Below are positions 51,001 to 62,663 of a stretch of DNA of 64,000 nt, one piece after another. Position numbers and translations under genes: made by a program. Under the pieces are notes generated by a model, which was not told where the DNA came from, ran no database searches, and saw nothing but the letters and a program-made list of their open reading frames with translations. How positions within the stretch are numbered: the stretch's first letter is position 1; each line of letters begins with the position of its first letter. This DNA comes from Phoronis australis (lineage: Eukaryota > Animalia > Phoronida): NCBI GenBank assembly GCA_002633005.1, contig NMRA01000163.1:342071-406070 (forward strand). Direction: 5' to 3'.

Positions 51001-53800
51001 GAAATTTGGTCTCACAATCCCTCTTCACAATCGTTGAATAAAGTTTTAGCAAAGTAACCATGGGCGCATCATAGTCTAGAAATAATTTAGAAATTGTCTC
51101 AGTAACTATCAGTTAGGTAATATATTCTCAGAGGCTATATAAGTATTATTTAGTTATTTTTCATAAATAATCTTGTGGAGTGTCGGACCAAATTTATGAC
51201 TTAAGGCTTAGAGTCACTTCAGAAGCAGACCAGTGCTTTGGCACGATTACGTGAATGAAGCTGACCTAACTTTCTCAGACTTGGCAGCAGGTGTATGAGG
51301 AACAGTCTGTAGTCTGGCTCATCTCTAGTGACAGGGTTCAGTCTGAGGTCCAGTTCCTCCAGATTAGTATTGTGTCTCAGCTTGTGTAGCTCGTCCAGGC
51401 TGGAGATGTTGTTGTAGTACAGATTCAACCTATCCAGCATCTTCAGGTGCTCCAGGCCCTGCAGGTAGGAATTACATTAAAGCCTCAAGTGTTAACAAGT
51501 AGCCCCACCTAGTGTTCAATCCCTGGACCAACTTGTCGAATCCAACTGACAGATTCTGTCAGAGTGCGATAGTTCATTAAGGCCATTAGTAGCTTCTTCA
51601 ACCTCAGTCCTCAGCTATGATAAGCATTTTTTTCAAGTCCAGAAATGAGCAAAGACAAGTTAAGGCCAATCAATTCAAGGGTTTGAAGCGTTTGAATTGC
51701 TGAAGGTGGATGCTTCCAAGCTAAAATAAAATTCTTATTCCCATTACCAAAACCATGTTTTAAGACACAAATTTTAGCCGAGTTTGATGTACAACACAAC
51801 ACAATGCATGTTGCCACTTCAACAAGAAAATCGTAAAAGTACAAGTTTGTACTTCATACATCCAATCACTTACATCAAGGGAAGTCAAAGAGTTCCTGGA
51901 CAGATCTAGATGCTTTAGTCTCAGAAAGTTCCTCAACGAATGACCCAAGTGACATATCTTGTCTTGGTAGGTACCTGGTAAGGTGAGAGATCGCACATCC
52001 TCTGAAAACAAACAGAAAATGATTGCCCAATGCACCATGGATCCAGACTGGAAACTATATAAGTACTGCAAAAGTCAACTGAGGTAATTTTTAATAGATG
52101 CAATACATATACAGCCGTAGCCAAAAAGGGAAAAAATTGATGTCATCAAATAGGAAACTTTTCACATTGGCACTCTTTGGAGTAATGAGAGCATGAAAGT
52201 GACGGACAATTGATCCGACCAGAATTGACTGACTTCAATTACTATACATAATGGTTCATTAACTCAAAAGCAAAAGAATACATTCCAGTCAGTCCCTCCC
52301 AGTGAGTTGTTAAAATTCAGGAATTTATTTAGTTTTTTGACATCGGCTGGGATTGAAATTTTGCCGCTTTGTCAGCGGCAGCCACTGCTAGCTTTGTTGC
52401 GAAAACATCTTTGCGATACTTGAATCACCTGTTTAATTGTAACTTCCGTACACAACAGTTCGATATCAAAATAAACGACTAAATTGTAGCATTGGTAAAC
52501 ATGGTAAATATGGAAAACAGTTTAACAGTAACGCCACCACTCACGAGTCACGACTCAGCAGGCCTTTCAAAAATAATAGGGTGTCCAAAATGGGGTTCCC
52601 AATATTCCAGGGTGTCCATGATTCCGACGCATAACCCNTATTTTCAAACCCGTGTTCATGTGCAAGTCAAGTGGTTGTTCGTAAACCAAGGATAGAAATA
52701 TAAATCGTAAAACCGGTGATAGGTTAAAGCACAGTCACAGTTGGTCAAAATACTTATTCAAATCCTTGTAAGTATATCAGGCGAATACTCTTGGCTTTTT
52801 AACACCACTACTTAAAAATAGTTGAGGTGTTCCCTCTCTCCAGTGCCCAGTGGCGATGTGGTGACCGCAGTGCATAATCTTAGATGTAAAAACCTTGATC
52901 TATGCATTTGTTTGTAAAAAAAAATCTGTGTGCTGGGGGTTTTGCTGGGGGTGGGGGGTTACGCGTCGGAATCATGGACGCCCTGGAATATTGGGAACCC
53001 CATTTTGGACACCCTATTTTCAAAATCCTGGATAAAGGCCTGGCTAATTTAGTGTTTGCTGGCAGAAAGTGTTGTGAAACAACTCGATTTCCATCCCATG
53101 ACCAAGTGTTAGGGGAATCTTTATTTACATTTACATTACTCAAATAATGATTGTCAATGTACAACTTCTGCCCTGACGGTGCTGTAGCCCGGCAAAGCGG
53201 AACCTGACCCAATTCGCGGCCCCCGACGAGTAAGTAGATTTACAGTTTTCGTGGCTAATTCACCAACATAATCACCGTGCTCATTACTTTGGCTCACTAC
53301 TAGAGTATTTTTTTGACTGGAAGTTTAGTTTCCACTGAACTTTAGCTGGTTTATGTTCGTGATGTCACTGGCTGGGATAACGGCAGAGTCAATCCGGCCG
53401 GCCGCTACGGGCCTGATCGGGCTTCGAGTCACTGGCCAGGATAACAAGCGTTTTGTGTTTAGAACTCAAAGATCACAAGTCTAAACAATCTATCTAGGTT
53501 CTCCTGTCTGTATCTCACGGGAAGTACTTCGAAATTATCTCAGAACAGACCCCCAAACTCCTGCTACAGACCTTGTTTGCCTGCCGAACTTTGTAGACTA
53601 CTGTGTGTCAAAATACCAATAAATCCGTAAGAGCGAAATACAACAACACGTTTTTATAAGGACTCGGTGTATTTTCAAGTGTTTTACATCGAAGTTTGAT
53701 GATTTATTGGTGTTAAACGATGACTTCACGCGATAAGCTGACACCAGTTACCCATGTTGTGAACTGCTGAACAGACTGCGTGTGAAACCGGTGACATCAT
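38840..53800 (-). CDS. CEP72: Centrosomal protein of 72 kDa / LRRC36-like (N-terminal LRR plus C-terminal coiled coil), about 560 aa
   Basis: Exons 53800-53752 (tentative), 52001-51874, 51458-51266, 50602-50444, 48911-48786, 47702-47600, 46930-46791, 44629-44568, 44193-44070, 43508-43336, 42375-42231, 40574-40460 and 39005-38840 join in frame. Motifs: SLTLPGTYQDKICHLGHSL, LNLYYNNI, RLNPVTRDEPDYRLF, LLDLVDKYWNGSKSLH and LQESHKSLVQTNEHLL...QLHWSF. Confidence 0.9.
40460..40574 (-). CDS. CEP72: CEP72-like exon
   Basis: ELMQQNSVLKQEVDMLKIRLKQFSQMQELASMLQESH. Confidence 0.9.
41134..41262. repeat. 26-bp minisatellite, about 5 copies
   Basis: Unit approximately ttagtcat(t/a)atgcaggta(a/g)atgatc. 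Confidence 0.85.
42231..42375 (-). CDS. CEP72: CEP72-like exon (alternative same-phase donor at 42207)
   Basis: VALQQRLKKAYEENTSLRQRLE; coiled coil. Confidence 0.82.
43336..43508 (-). CDS. CEP72: CEP72-like exon
   Basis: QADAIFTEFL...LQQQNQELGQENRLLQEQL; GTgagt donor. Confidence 0.85.
44070..44193 (-). CDS. CEP72: CEP72-like exon
   Basis: FLSKLLDLVDKYWNGSKSLHRNKRF. Confidence 0.88.
44568..44629 (-). CDS. CEP72: CEP72-like exon
   Basis: QSSQDLSYQPSQSNTAHKVY; supplies the phase 1-to-0 change the model needs. Confidence 0.7.
45323..46248 (-). mobile_element. Apparently full-length HINE/Helentron-like non-autonomous element
   Basis: 5' T-run and hairpin, GTCC-type microsatellite and about 150-bp internal units. 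The 3' end has a subterminal inverted copy of atgcgcccac, a CAACGC-GGA-GCGTTG hairpin and a CTTGTT terminus. Confidence 0.8.
46791..46930 (-). CDS. CEP72: CEP72-like exon
   Basis: DSNLKYQDEIEAYTSYKSHGTFTPHP; GTgag donor. Confidence 0.82.
47600..47702 (-). CDS. CEP72: CEP72-like exon
   Basis: VHQMESEEARESAPVSSSRRQHQEELSP; phases fit the neighbours. Confidence 0.75.
48786..48911 (-). CDS. CEP72: CEP72-like exon
   Basis: LDDDDVAMLDLIARSGGDLNQPR. Confidence 0.88.
50444..50602 (-). CDS. CEP72: CEP72-like exon
   Basis: DRGVRDSERRAALMHF. Confidence 0.92.
51266..51458 (-). CDS. CEP72: CEP72-like exon (LRR and LRR cap)
   Basis: GLEHLKMLDRLNLYYNNISSL...LDLRLNPVTRDEPDYRLFLIHLLPSLRKL. Confidence 0.95.
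51874..52001 (-). CDS. CEP72: CEP72-like exon (LRR)
   Basis: DVRSLTLPGTYQDKICHLGHSLRNFLRLKHLDLSRNSLTSLD. Confidence 0.95.
52559..53042. mobile_element. MITE-like element with about 80-bp inverted arms starting CAGGCCTTT (hAT-like ends); contains an N
   Basis: aatagggtgtccaaaatggggttcccaatattccaggg pairs with ccctggaatattgggaaccccattttggacaccctatt; no matching TSD. Confidence 0.65.
53752..53800 (-). CDS. CEP72: Tentative first exon of CEP72-like gene
   Basis: caacATGG|GTaac donor in phase 1, within a CpG-richer promoter-like stretch. The peptide is not recognisably conserved, and the real exon could lie in the N gap at 52639. Confidence 0.35.
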
Positions 53801-54604
53801 TGGATAATTTCAACACCTCCGTCTGCCGTCAGGTGTCAGGTAACGCAACCGTACGTGTCGATATGGAGTAGAACTACACGATCTAAATTGATATAAATTA
53901 GGTTGTTTTTTGGGTGGCATGCTCCTTTAAATCGCCCGCCACAACTCCTAAGCGGTGTCACGTGATATATTTCAACGTATATTCTCTAGAGATTCGGAGC
54001 TCTTTCGCATTGAAGATAAGTTTGACCTTTACATCCGCTGTATTTTTTATCCAGAGCATGACAGTTTTATTGTAAAATTCGCATTATTGTATTCACTTTA
54101 AGTCACATAGTTTCAATTACTGATTGACTCATGTATTCGAGAGACCAGTTTGTATCTTTGGACGATGATGATTTTGACTGGCAAAGCATACTGGAGCTCA
54201 ATGACGACGAACGGAGCTCCACTTGTCTTGTGGGTTTTCTTCTGTTTGTGTCAGTGCCAGAACTGCCACTGAAACTGCGGTAACGAGCTCAGGTGTACGT
54301 GGCCAGAAATCAGGAAAATCAAGGAAATCTGGTACGTATCAAGGCAACTGCCTATCTCATATTGAATAAATGTTGTCAACATGTCAGTAGAAATCGCCTG
54401 ATTGAGGAACCGCCGCAACTCTGACCATTTTTCGTGGCACATTTATTGTTGTTGTGATATAGCACCGATTCCCACCTTCGTTGACATTGTTACTGTGTTG
54501 GTGTTAGTATCATGGTGTGTTGCATTACTGAGAGAAAAAAGATTCTGTATTCTCTTAGAAAGGGTTTCACTCTTTATTGCACAAAAGAACCACACTGTGA
54601 AACG

Positions 54605-54722
54605 GTATTATTGTTAATTTATTGTCACTGTATTTTATTGTTACTGTATCTATTATTGTTATTATTATTACTATTATTATTATCGTTACTGCTATTACTA
54701 TTATAATTATTATTTTATAATT
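54605..54722. repeat. (TAT)n-like microsatellite
   Basis: ttattattactattattatt runs. Confidence 0.85.
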
Positions 54723-54732
54723 GTTCTTGCAG

Positions 54733-55739
54733 GTCTAAAGCTGAGCACTCGATACACCAGAGACGTCTTTGAGGCTAATTTCCATGATTAAATCACAGAG
54801 GCCAAAACAGAAATTGTAGGTGATAGTATTTTACAGCTGACCGATTCTGGAAAGAAAGCTGCACATATTATTGGTCAAATCAACTATGCAGAAAAGCCAA
54901 AGATTTTAATGAATTTTTTATATTCATCATTGACAGCAGGAGATGACCTCCATTTGCCAAGTTCAAAACGTGAAAAAATGTGGGAGGTTTTTCACCAGCA
55001 ATGCATAGACTCGAGCTTCATTGCACAGGATGTAGAATTTCTGGAAAAATACGCGTCAAAAGAAGGTAACTATGTTTTGCGTCGTGTGTTTGCCACTTTT
55101 GTACGCACACTTTTCCATCATGTTTCTGTGGCATGCGATTCAACAAACATGCCAACAGTCCAACCAAACAAAGCAAAAGAACTACCGTAACACCTACAGA
55201 AGAAAAAGCATTGCACTATCTTGGAGGAGCAATTTGTTCGCGCTTGGAAAAGAAATTAAAAACTAAAGTCGGATGTGCACGAGCTGAACAGTGCTTTAAT
55301 TTGTTAGACTTTTTCTGATGGCGACGGTGATCAACGTGACAGTATCATGAGCGAATGGACTGAAATGAAAAACTAGTCACTCCGGTGGTTTGAAATTATT
55401 AAAACAGAACTCTTCCATTTCCTAAAAGAAGTTGAAAGAATTGGTTGCTACTGCTTACAGCCTGACAAACTAGTCAATTATCATGGTGGTGACATTCGAG
55501 ACAATGTCTTTTCCATTGTAAGGGAAAGTGAAAGTGGTCTAAAATTCTGGGATGACTTGTGCCAGAATACACCAGTTGATCATGACATTAAAATGTACAT
55601 CATGTCCATGGTAGTGAAATTTTATGTAACCCTCGGGGGTTATTCATTTCAAAAAGGATTACTGGAAATTTATCAGCACTTTTCATCCCAGAATGTTGCC
55701 CGTCAAAAGGCACTACGCAAATCACTGAAGAATGACTAG
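54733..55739 (+). pseudogene. Convergent transposon-associated pseudogene resembling the P-transposase C-terminal domain
   Basis: Follows a ttgcAG acceptor: ...KREKMWEVFHQ...EEKALHYLGGAICSRL...EWTEMK..GGL...LFHFLKEVERI...KFYVTLGGYSF...QKALRKSLKND stop, broken by stops and frameshifts. A possible degraded first exon starts at ATG 54131 (MYSRDQFVSLDDDDFDW). Confidence 0.72.
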
Positions 55740-56897
55740 GATATTTGGGCTGCAGGTTTTCTTAAAAACGGTGTTGAAACAACAAATTATGTTTTTCTCG
55801 AGCTTGTGTCTTGTGAAAACTGATTAGGTGAACTTTAATACAAGTGCAATACAGTGTCAACTTGACAATATCAAGTTAATTTATCTTCATAGATATTGCC
55901 ACGCTCTTCTTTTTGATGTCTTTTGTGTGTTATGTGAACTATTTTCAAGCCCACCTGCAGTAGACAGGACTTAAATTTGTCAGTGAGAAAGAAACCAACT
56001 CAAGCTAGTGAAAACAACCCAAGTCAGTTATTCAACAATATTTGTCTACAAGAAAACCTGCAACCTACAGATAGACATTTTCAATAATATTTGTGAAAGG
56101 GTTCTAGAAATTTCTGAGATCAAATCGTAACAGCCAATGATATGATTAGATATGATCATGCAGTTGCAGAACAGTGTGTGTTAGTAGGAGGATCGACCAA
56201 CGAGTGTCAAGTCCTACAGCGTGTACAGCAGATAAGACGTTTGATTATTTATGACTAATTGATTGAAATTACCCTTACGGAGGGTGGTAGCGTACTAACT
56301 CTTCTTCATTAGTATTCTAAATTACTTAATTAACGACAGGTTTCACTTGCATTACTTAGTGTTAATTAAATAATAAACTTATTACTGAATTTAATCATTC
56401 TCTCTCCATTCATGCACAATTACACACCATAGCTACCTTTTAAACTAAACCCACAGTCAACTTCTGACACTTTGAAACATGGTATTTCCCTCTAATACTC
56501 TAATAGTTCGTACTGTAGGCGTCCTAGGGAAAAATAGTTTGTACATGTAAGTTGCTAGCTGTTTGTCACTGCATAACTTGCCTCATCAGTGAAATTCGAG
56601 CATTGGTCATTGAGTGGAGTTTGATCTCGAATGGTTCGCATGTTTACTTTTGTCTCTATTAGTTTGAACATGAAGCTGTCAAGGGTAAAGTAGTACATTA
56701 GTGTACCAACTATTAATGAAACAATAGTGCATTGCAGTATGTGCACATGTAAAATACATTTTTAACTGTTGCTTTTAAGCAAGAGGCTAACCAATTTCAA
56801 TAAATATTATTACAGGCAACCAACAAATTACACCAGTTCAAATGGCTGCAGACAAGTTTTCAGTGCAGTAGCAATCCCCGTGCATTAGAATTGCTGT

Positions 56898-59800
56898 TCA
56901 GTAACGGTATATCGTGAATTCTTTCTTTCTCTTTGGAATTGCACTGTTGTCAACTTCGAAGTTGCATGGTCCATTCTTTCGACTGCCACAGTTACCAGTA
57001 AATGATGCACATGCACTAGATTTTTGCAGCCTCAGAGAAGCAGCATTGTAGTTGAATGTTGAACTGATGTACAGTAGGGTTGTCGCTAAAACCACCAGCA
57101 CTTCTTTGGAGGGAGAAATATTGTTCAAGTAGATCCTGATTAAAGTTTTCACTTAAAGCAAATTGAACATCATTGTTCAGGAGAAATTTGCATGCTTCAA
57201 TGAATGAGTGAACAGTAATTTGTATACCCTCCAATGTTTGAAAACTCAATAACATTTTACTTTTTTCTGATCTACTGAATCCAGGCCTGTTTTGCACTTC
57301 ATTTGTCCAAGCTTTGAGGTCCTCAAGAAAGACATGTTCCAACCAATGAAACCGAACATCATCCAAAGTGACATACGGAGCAAGGAATTGCTTCGCTCTC
57401 TCATGCTCATACAGAGACTGTACATTGAGACAATCAAAGTTTCTAATAAATTTAACATTTTCTGATACTTCATTACCAAACAGCATTTCTAATGCACTTG
57501 CAACGGCTGCACTTATTACTTGAGTGGCATAAGAAACCCTCATAGTGCCAAAAGAAGTGAGGTAGATGTGAGCTCATGACAGCTTGTGAGCAAGCCATAA
57601 AAATGCACTTTGTTCGTGGTGGTAGAGTTTTATGACATGCCCCCATGAAATATATTTACCATTGCGCCACAATGCTCTACTTCAATTGTGGGCAAAACTA
57701 TTAGAAAAGCAATTTCAAGTTGTTTTGATGAAGTGTGGAGCATCTGAGAAAAAGAACAGTTCACTACCATCTTCAGCCCAGGGGTTAAAAGTTTTGTACA
57801 CTATTGAGTTGGCACCTTGTTTGTGAATTTTAAAGAACTTTCTATATGGTGTCGCCCCATCTCCTGTTATACTTAAGACTTTGAAGTCTAACCACTCCAG
57901 TCGCTCAACTGCTTCCCATAAAATGGGGAGAAGATGCTGTGACTTTGCACCCGTTATGGGAAAGTGAGCAAAAAACCATACTAGTCCTCAGGTCATAAGT
58001 ACTAGCATGTGTGTGGCAACATCAGGCATGACTGGCCCATCTGCGTTTAGAGCCCGCTCCAGATCATCCATGTGATTGGCAACATCAGGCATGATTGGCC
58101 CATCTACGTTCAGAGCCCGCTCCAGATCATCCATGTGATTGGCAACATTCCCAAGATCAACAAAACCAATTAACTCTCCCGAGTGCTTGTCAAACACAAG
58201 GTTTGACTTCAGTTTTACCTCGTCCATAAGTATACCTACAAACATGTCTGATTTTCCTTTCTTCTTCATTTCAGCTTGCATCATAGAAAAAACATGTTCT
58301 TGAAATCCTGACTCAGTTTTGAAAACAGTGTAGTCTTTTAGAGTTCGCTGAGAGGGCAACTTGATGCAACCAGAATTACGCAGTTTCATAAGCTGCACTA
58401 GATTTGAATTTCAAACTGAGAGCCCAGCGGATTACCATGGGGTGCCAATGGATACTTTTGGCATTTTTGAGACATGTGGCTTTCATTTGCTGGTCCCAAA
58501 AGAGTGCAGCAAAAGAGTTTGGAGGAAATGAATGTTCATTTTTTTTCATTTACAATCTGCTGAATGTCAGATGCTGTTTCAGAGTCAAGGTTTACACCTT
58601 CTAATTGTATATTGTCCTGCATTCGTTTTTCCAGGCGAACAATGCGTTTTTTAAGTGTTTTGTTTTGGAGAGTCCTAGACTTTAGCTGATTCATCAGCTG
58701 AGTTGAATCAAGGTGAACTAGAGGCGTGCTAGAAGAAGGACTTTCGACGTTGTCCACGTTACGTCGCTTTCGGGAAAGGATTGCCCTCGGTGTGTTCCGA
58801 AACTGTGAACAGCTGGAACACCGGCTTTCACCTTTATCTAGCATAGCACAGTTCACAGACCTTACTGTTGAAATATACGTCTCCCCATAATTAGTGTTCT
58901 CTAAGAAGCCATTTTTGCTTTTCGATATGCAACTTTGAAACTGTTCATCAGAATTACCACAGCAAACACTAAACTCAGAAATCAAACTTATCACCTTATG
59001 AACATTTTCTTGAGTTAAGAGAGGGGGATCTCTACATTTGAAGATATCGTGACTGTGAGAGATTTCCCTAGAGTGAACTTTTATAGAAATTTCTGCCCTA
59101 ATAAAATTGACAACGAATTTACACATAGATAATTTAGCCACATCTACTAATAAAACCAGCTGCAGCAGACTGTCTTCATTCTTGGTGATGACCCATCCTT
59201 TAGGAAGCTCTCCGTGTTTATCTGTAAAAACAGTTGTAAGAAATCTTTGGTGTCCAGTCCTGATACCTACATTTCTCAAATGGACATTTTGCTGATACAT
59301 AATTTATGTTTTCTACAGTCAACCACTTTCAAGTGTTTCAGTGACAATAATGATTATAGTAAACACATTGACCTACCTGAGAACACTGTACCCTTTGTAT
59401 TTTCCAAATCAGAGTTGACCACAGTGTTGTTGTCACCACCACGACTTTTCCCGCTGCAACTGGACTCAGTCAAAGGAATGTCGAGATATCCATAACCATC
59501 ACTTTCACTGGAGGCTACAAAAATATTTAAGTGAAGTCTGAATGGAAAAAGCTATTGTTACACAACACTGCTGACAATTTAACTACTGCTTTTACCGGTG
59601 TAGTACATTTTAAAAACTGGTGTCCCGTCTTATTCACTAACACTGTAAATGCATGGTAATAACTGCGCTGTCAAGGTAACAATAAAACTAAGATTCTGAA
59701 GCAGATTTCATAATAAGTGAAACCTGGCTAAGAAGTAGTTGAATCTGCCACATTTTTCTAGTGTCCTTAACCACTACAAAGAATGTACGAAAAATACTAG

Positions 59801-60712
59801 AGATATGTAGACGATTCAGCTTCAAGGTCATGATCAATAAAATGTGCATTTAACAAAGGCCTACTACCAACAGAAACCATCTACAAGATGGGTTCAACAA
59901 GTATTCCCCTTTACTTGAAAACTCTGCTTCTGTGTTGTCCAAGCCAGAGCTGACCACAGTATCATCAAGGGCAGAGTGATCTTGAGTAAAAGTGGATTCA
60001 TTCAAAAGAACACTGAGAGGTACATCATCGTCGTCATCATCACTTTCACTTGAGCCTACAAAATAGTTGACAAACACCGAAATTGATAACCACATTTTAT
60101 GTTACACAATTCATAAAACCTTGATTGTCAAAGTATACAGAGTTGAATGGGGGCAGTAATGTTATATCCATTGGGAGGTGACCTGCCTGGGGTCTCCTAA
60201 ATTGGCCCACGACTCAAAACTGGCATCCAGCATAGAGCAGGAGTGAGGCTTAATTTTACTCAAGAGCAGATCTCGAAATGCATTTTGCTTTACCTGGAAA
60301 TGCAGTGGCATCATCATTTTCAGTGCTGGAACTGCCCAGGTCATCATTCGTATTACTTGGCTGGATGTTTCTGGAAGCTACAAGGAAAGAGACACACTGC
60401 ATTGTTGCTAAAAATACTTGTTAATACTTAATAATTGTACGTCAAGAATTTTTATAGTTAGGTTCTCACTTACAGCAAACACAATGCTCATTAAAAATGT
60501 AACGAAAAAGTAAATTTATTATTTTATCCACTCTACTCTGCTTGGTCAGCCTACTTATGTGCCTGAATGGAATTCTTTTCATCACAGGTAGCTCAAAAAT
60601 TGACTTACGAAGGTCTTATTCTATGTTCAAGTAGTACCTCTAAGTTCATCTTGCTTCCTCCGGCTGTTTTTTCGACGAATACCAATCCGCTTTAAGCACG
60701 TGGAACCCTCAT
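56898..60712 (-). pseudogene. P-element/THAP9-like DDE transposase pseudogene
   Basis: Reading across frameshifts and stops gives LFWDQQ...WHPMVIRW, LPSQRTLKDY, ILMDEVK (D1), GFVDLG, ITGDGA (D2), SDAPHFIKTT*NC, MRVSYATQVIS, NQDLLEQYFSLQR (E) and DNPT. Upstream spliced segments lie at 60712-60638, 60377-60294, 60055-59915 and 59514-59377. No THAP exon found. Confidence 0.92.
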
Positions 60713-62062
60713 CTAAAACAGGAAATGAACAGTAAAATTCCAACACTGAGCAAGATGTCAGGTCAGTCATTACAAGTAACATCAAGTGAGGATTTCACCA
60801 CATACTATCACTCTCTTATTCAGCTCAGCAAACTCAAGCTGCCCCGCGTAAGATGTAAACGTTTTAGAGGAAAAATCAAGTTTTTCATCGGGACATTTTT
60901 ATCACTTTTTACACTTGAAAATCAGGAAATGTATGAATTCTAAAACTTTAAGTAGTGCACAGTCTCTTACAGGGCATTACAGTCTCTCCCAATAACCCAA
61001 ATCCAACAGAAACCAGAACATTCGTTGAGAAAATATTCATGTTCAAAATTTCTTAAATTCCCATATCGGACCAGTTTAAGGACACTAAAGTAATTTTCAA
61101 AACTTTCACACTCACAACATTCCAATTTTAATAAATATAAAAACACCAAGAACCTTATCAGTACTTAATAATACTAAATCAGTTTTTAAAAAATTAAAAC
61201 TTCTTGAAGCCGACATTCCAGATTTGAGAAATTTTGTGCAAAATATGCTGGAAATTCGTAGTTTTAGCCAAAGCTTTGAATATTGCAAAGATTTGTCAGT
61301 TTCCATATCAAAATGAAGGGGATAACCACCTTGACTAAACAATCAGTACATAGCAAGGGTAGCTATTTGTCATAATAAAAAGAATACAATGATACTGATA
61401 TCCCAGTTTGGTGAATTATTGTGCAAAAAACAGAAAATATGCCAAGTGCGAGACCTACTATGGCAAAACAAGGAAATCTGCCATTTGTAACATGTCCTTT
61501 TAAGAATTATTTGAGGAATTAATTTATAAAAATACTACAATATGAAGTACAAATATGACAAGAGCTGTAAATGAACAGAAATTTCTGTACTTGAACAGCT
61601 TTGTGCATTACAAACACCTGGAAACATGCTATGAATGGTCAGCCAGTATTGCTAAATATGATTCATGGACTAGGGGTGGTGCACCACAGGGGTCTGGGGG
61701 GCTTAAGAGACCCATCTCCACTTTTTCAGTGCGGCTGCGCTGCCCATGTAGTGTCAGTGTGCAAGACTCAAAAGTCCAGTCCAGTCTGTTGTGTGACTGG
61801 AGTGGCATGCATTGGCATTGGATTTGGAATGCAGAGCAAAACTGGTATACTCATTCATGCCTGGGTATTCTTGTATTGGAAGTACAAAGTAGCAAAATGG
61901 CGGCCCATGATTTATGTAAGCTTTTATGAAAATTGTTAGGATCTTATTGGGAGTTTAGAGCAATTATCGAACAAAAGAAAGCTGACCCCCCTATAATATA
62001 TGCCAGGAAGGAGTTAATCATTCATGTAAGATATTGGCTACATGGGTAAACTTCTCAACTCC

Positions 62063-62100
62063 TTGTTGGGCTATAGAATCGTTGTTGGGCTATAGAATCG
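62063..62100. repeat. 19-bp perfect tandem duplication
   Basis: ttgttgggctatagaatcg twice. Confidence 0.9.
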
Positions 62101-62663
62101 AACAAGTTGGGAGCAGTAGGAAAATGCCGTAATGTTACTTATTACCCTTTGATTGATAAAATAATTACAAAATCTTTGGAACCAGTTACCTGTAAATAAG
62201 AGGTTGGATTATGAGTCAACTGACTAAAAAGCTGTGACCTTTGCCTAAAGAAAACATGTCTTTCAACTGATGATTTTAACTTTTTGCCATGCTAGCTTCT
62301 GAATTGCTATCAGCCTTGAGTTTTTGGCAAAGCTAGACCCCAGAGTCATGTGACTGTAATACCACCGGACAATCGTCTACTTTTAGTACCATCACCAGGT
62401 TTGAAGTGATGCACCCAGAAAGTGAATTGAAACATTTAGGAATGTTAAAATTGTAATAGCCAACAATTTTAGCTTTTTTTCACATTAAGGTCTCTTCCAG
62501 AAACCTCTTTGATTAGCTGGGTGATGATCGATGTAGCCCATCTTAACAATTGGAATTTGTAACAGTTGAAGATCTTGTGGCACGGCTAAGTATTACACCA
62601 ATGTAATTATAAAACTGGACTGGTGTCTTACAAATGATTATATTACATTTCAGTTTGTAAGTG

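Larger units (their letters stand above)
54131..60712. mobile_element. Decayed P-superfamily (THAP9-like) DNA transposon with two convergent genes; termini not identified
   Basis: Minus-strand transposase pseudogene plus a convergent plus-strand pseudogene with P-transposase C-terminal-domain-like motifs. No TIRs or TSD found by eye. Confidence 0.75.

Noticed and set aside
54512-54706. Poly-Leu ORF resembling a membrane peptide
   Set aside because: Translation of a (TAT)n microsatellite.
60713-62600. Search for the THAP-domain exon and right terminus of the P element; ORFs 61555-61929 and 61601-61939
   Set aside because: No C2CH/AVP THAP motif and no inverted match to sequence near 54.0 kb was found. 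The ORFs show no recognisable domain and look like repeat-derived sequence.
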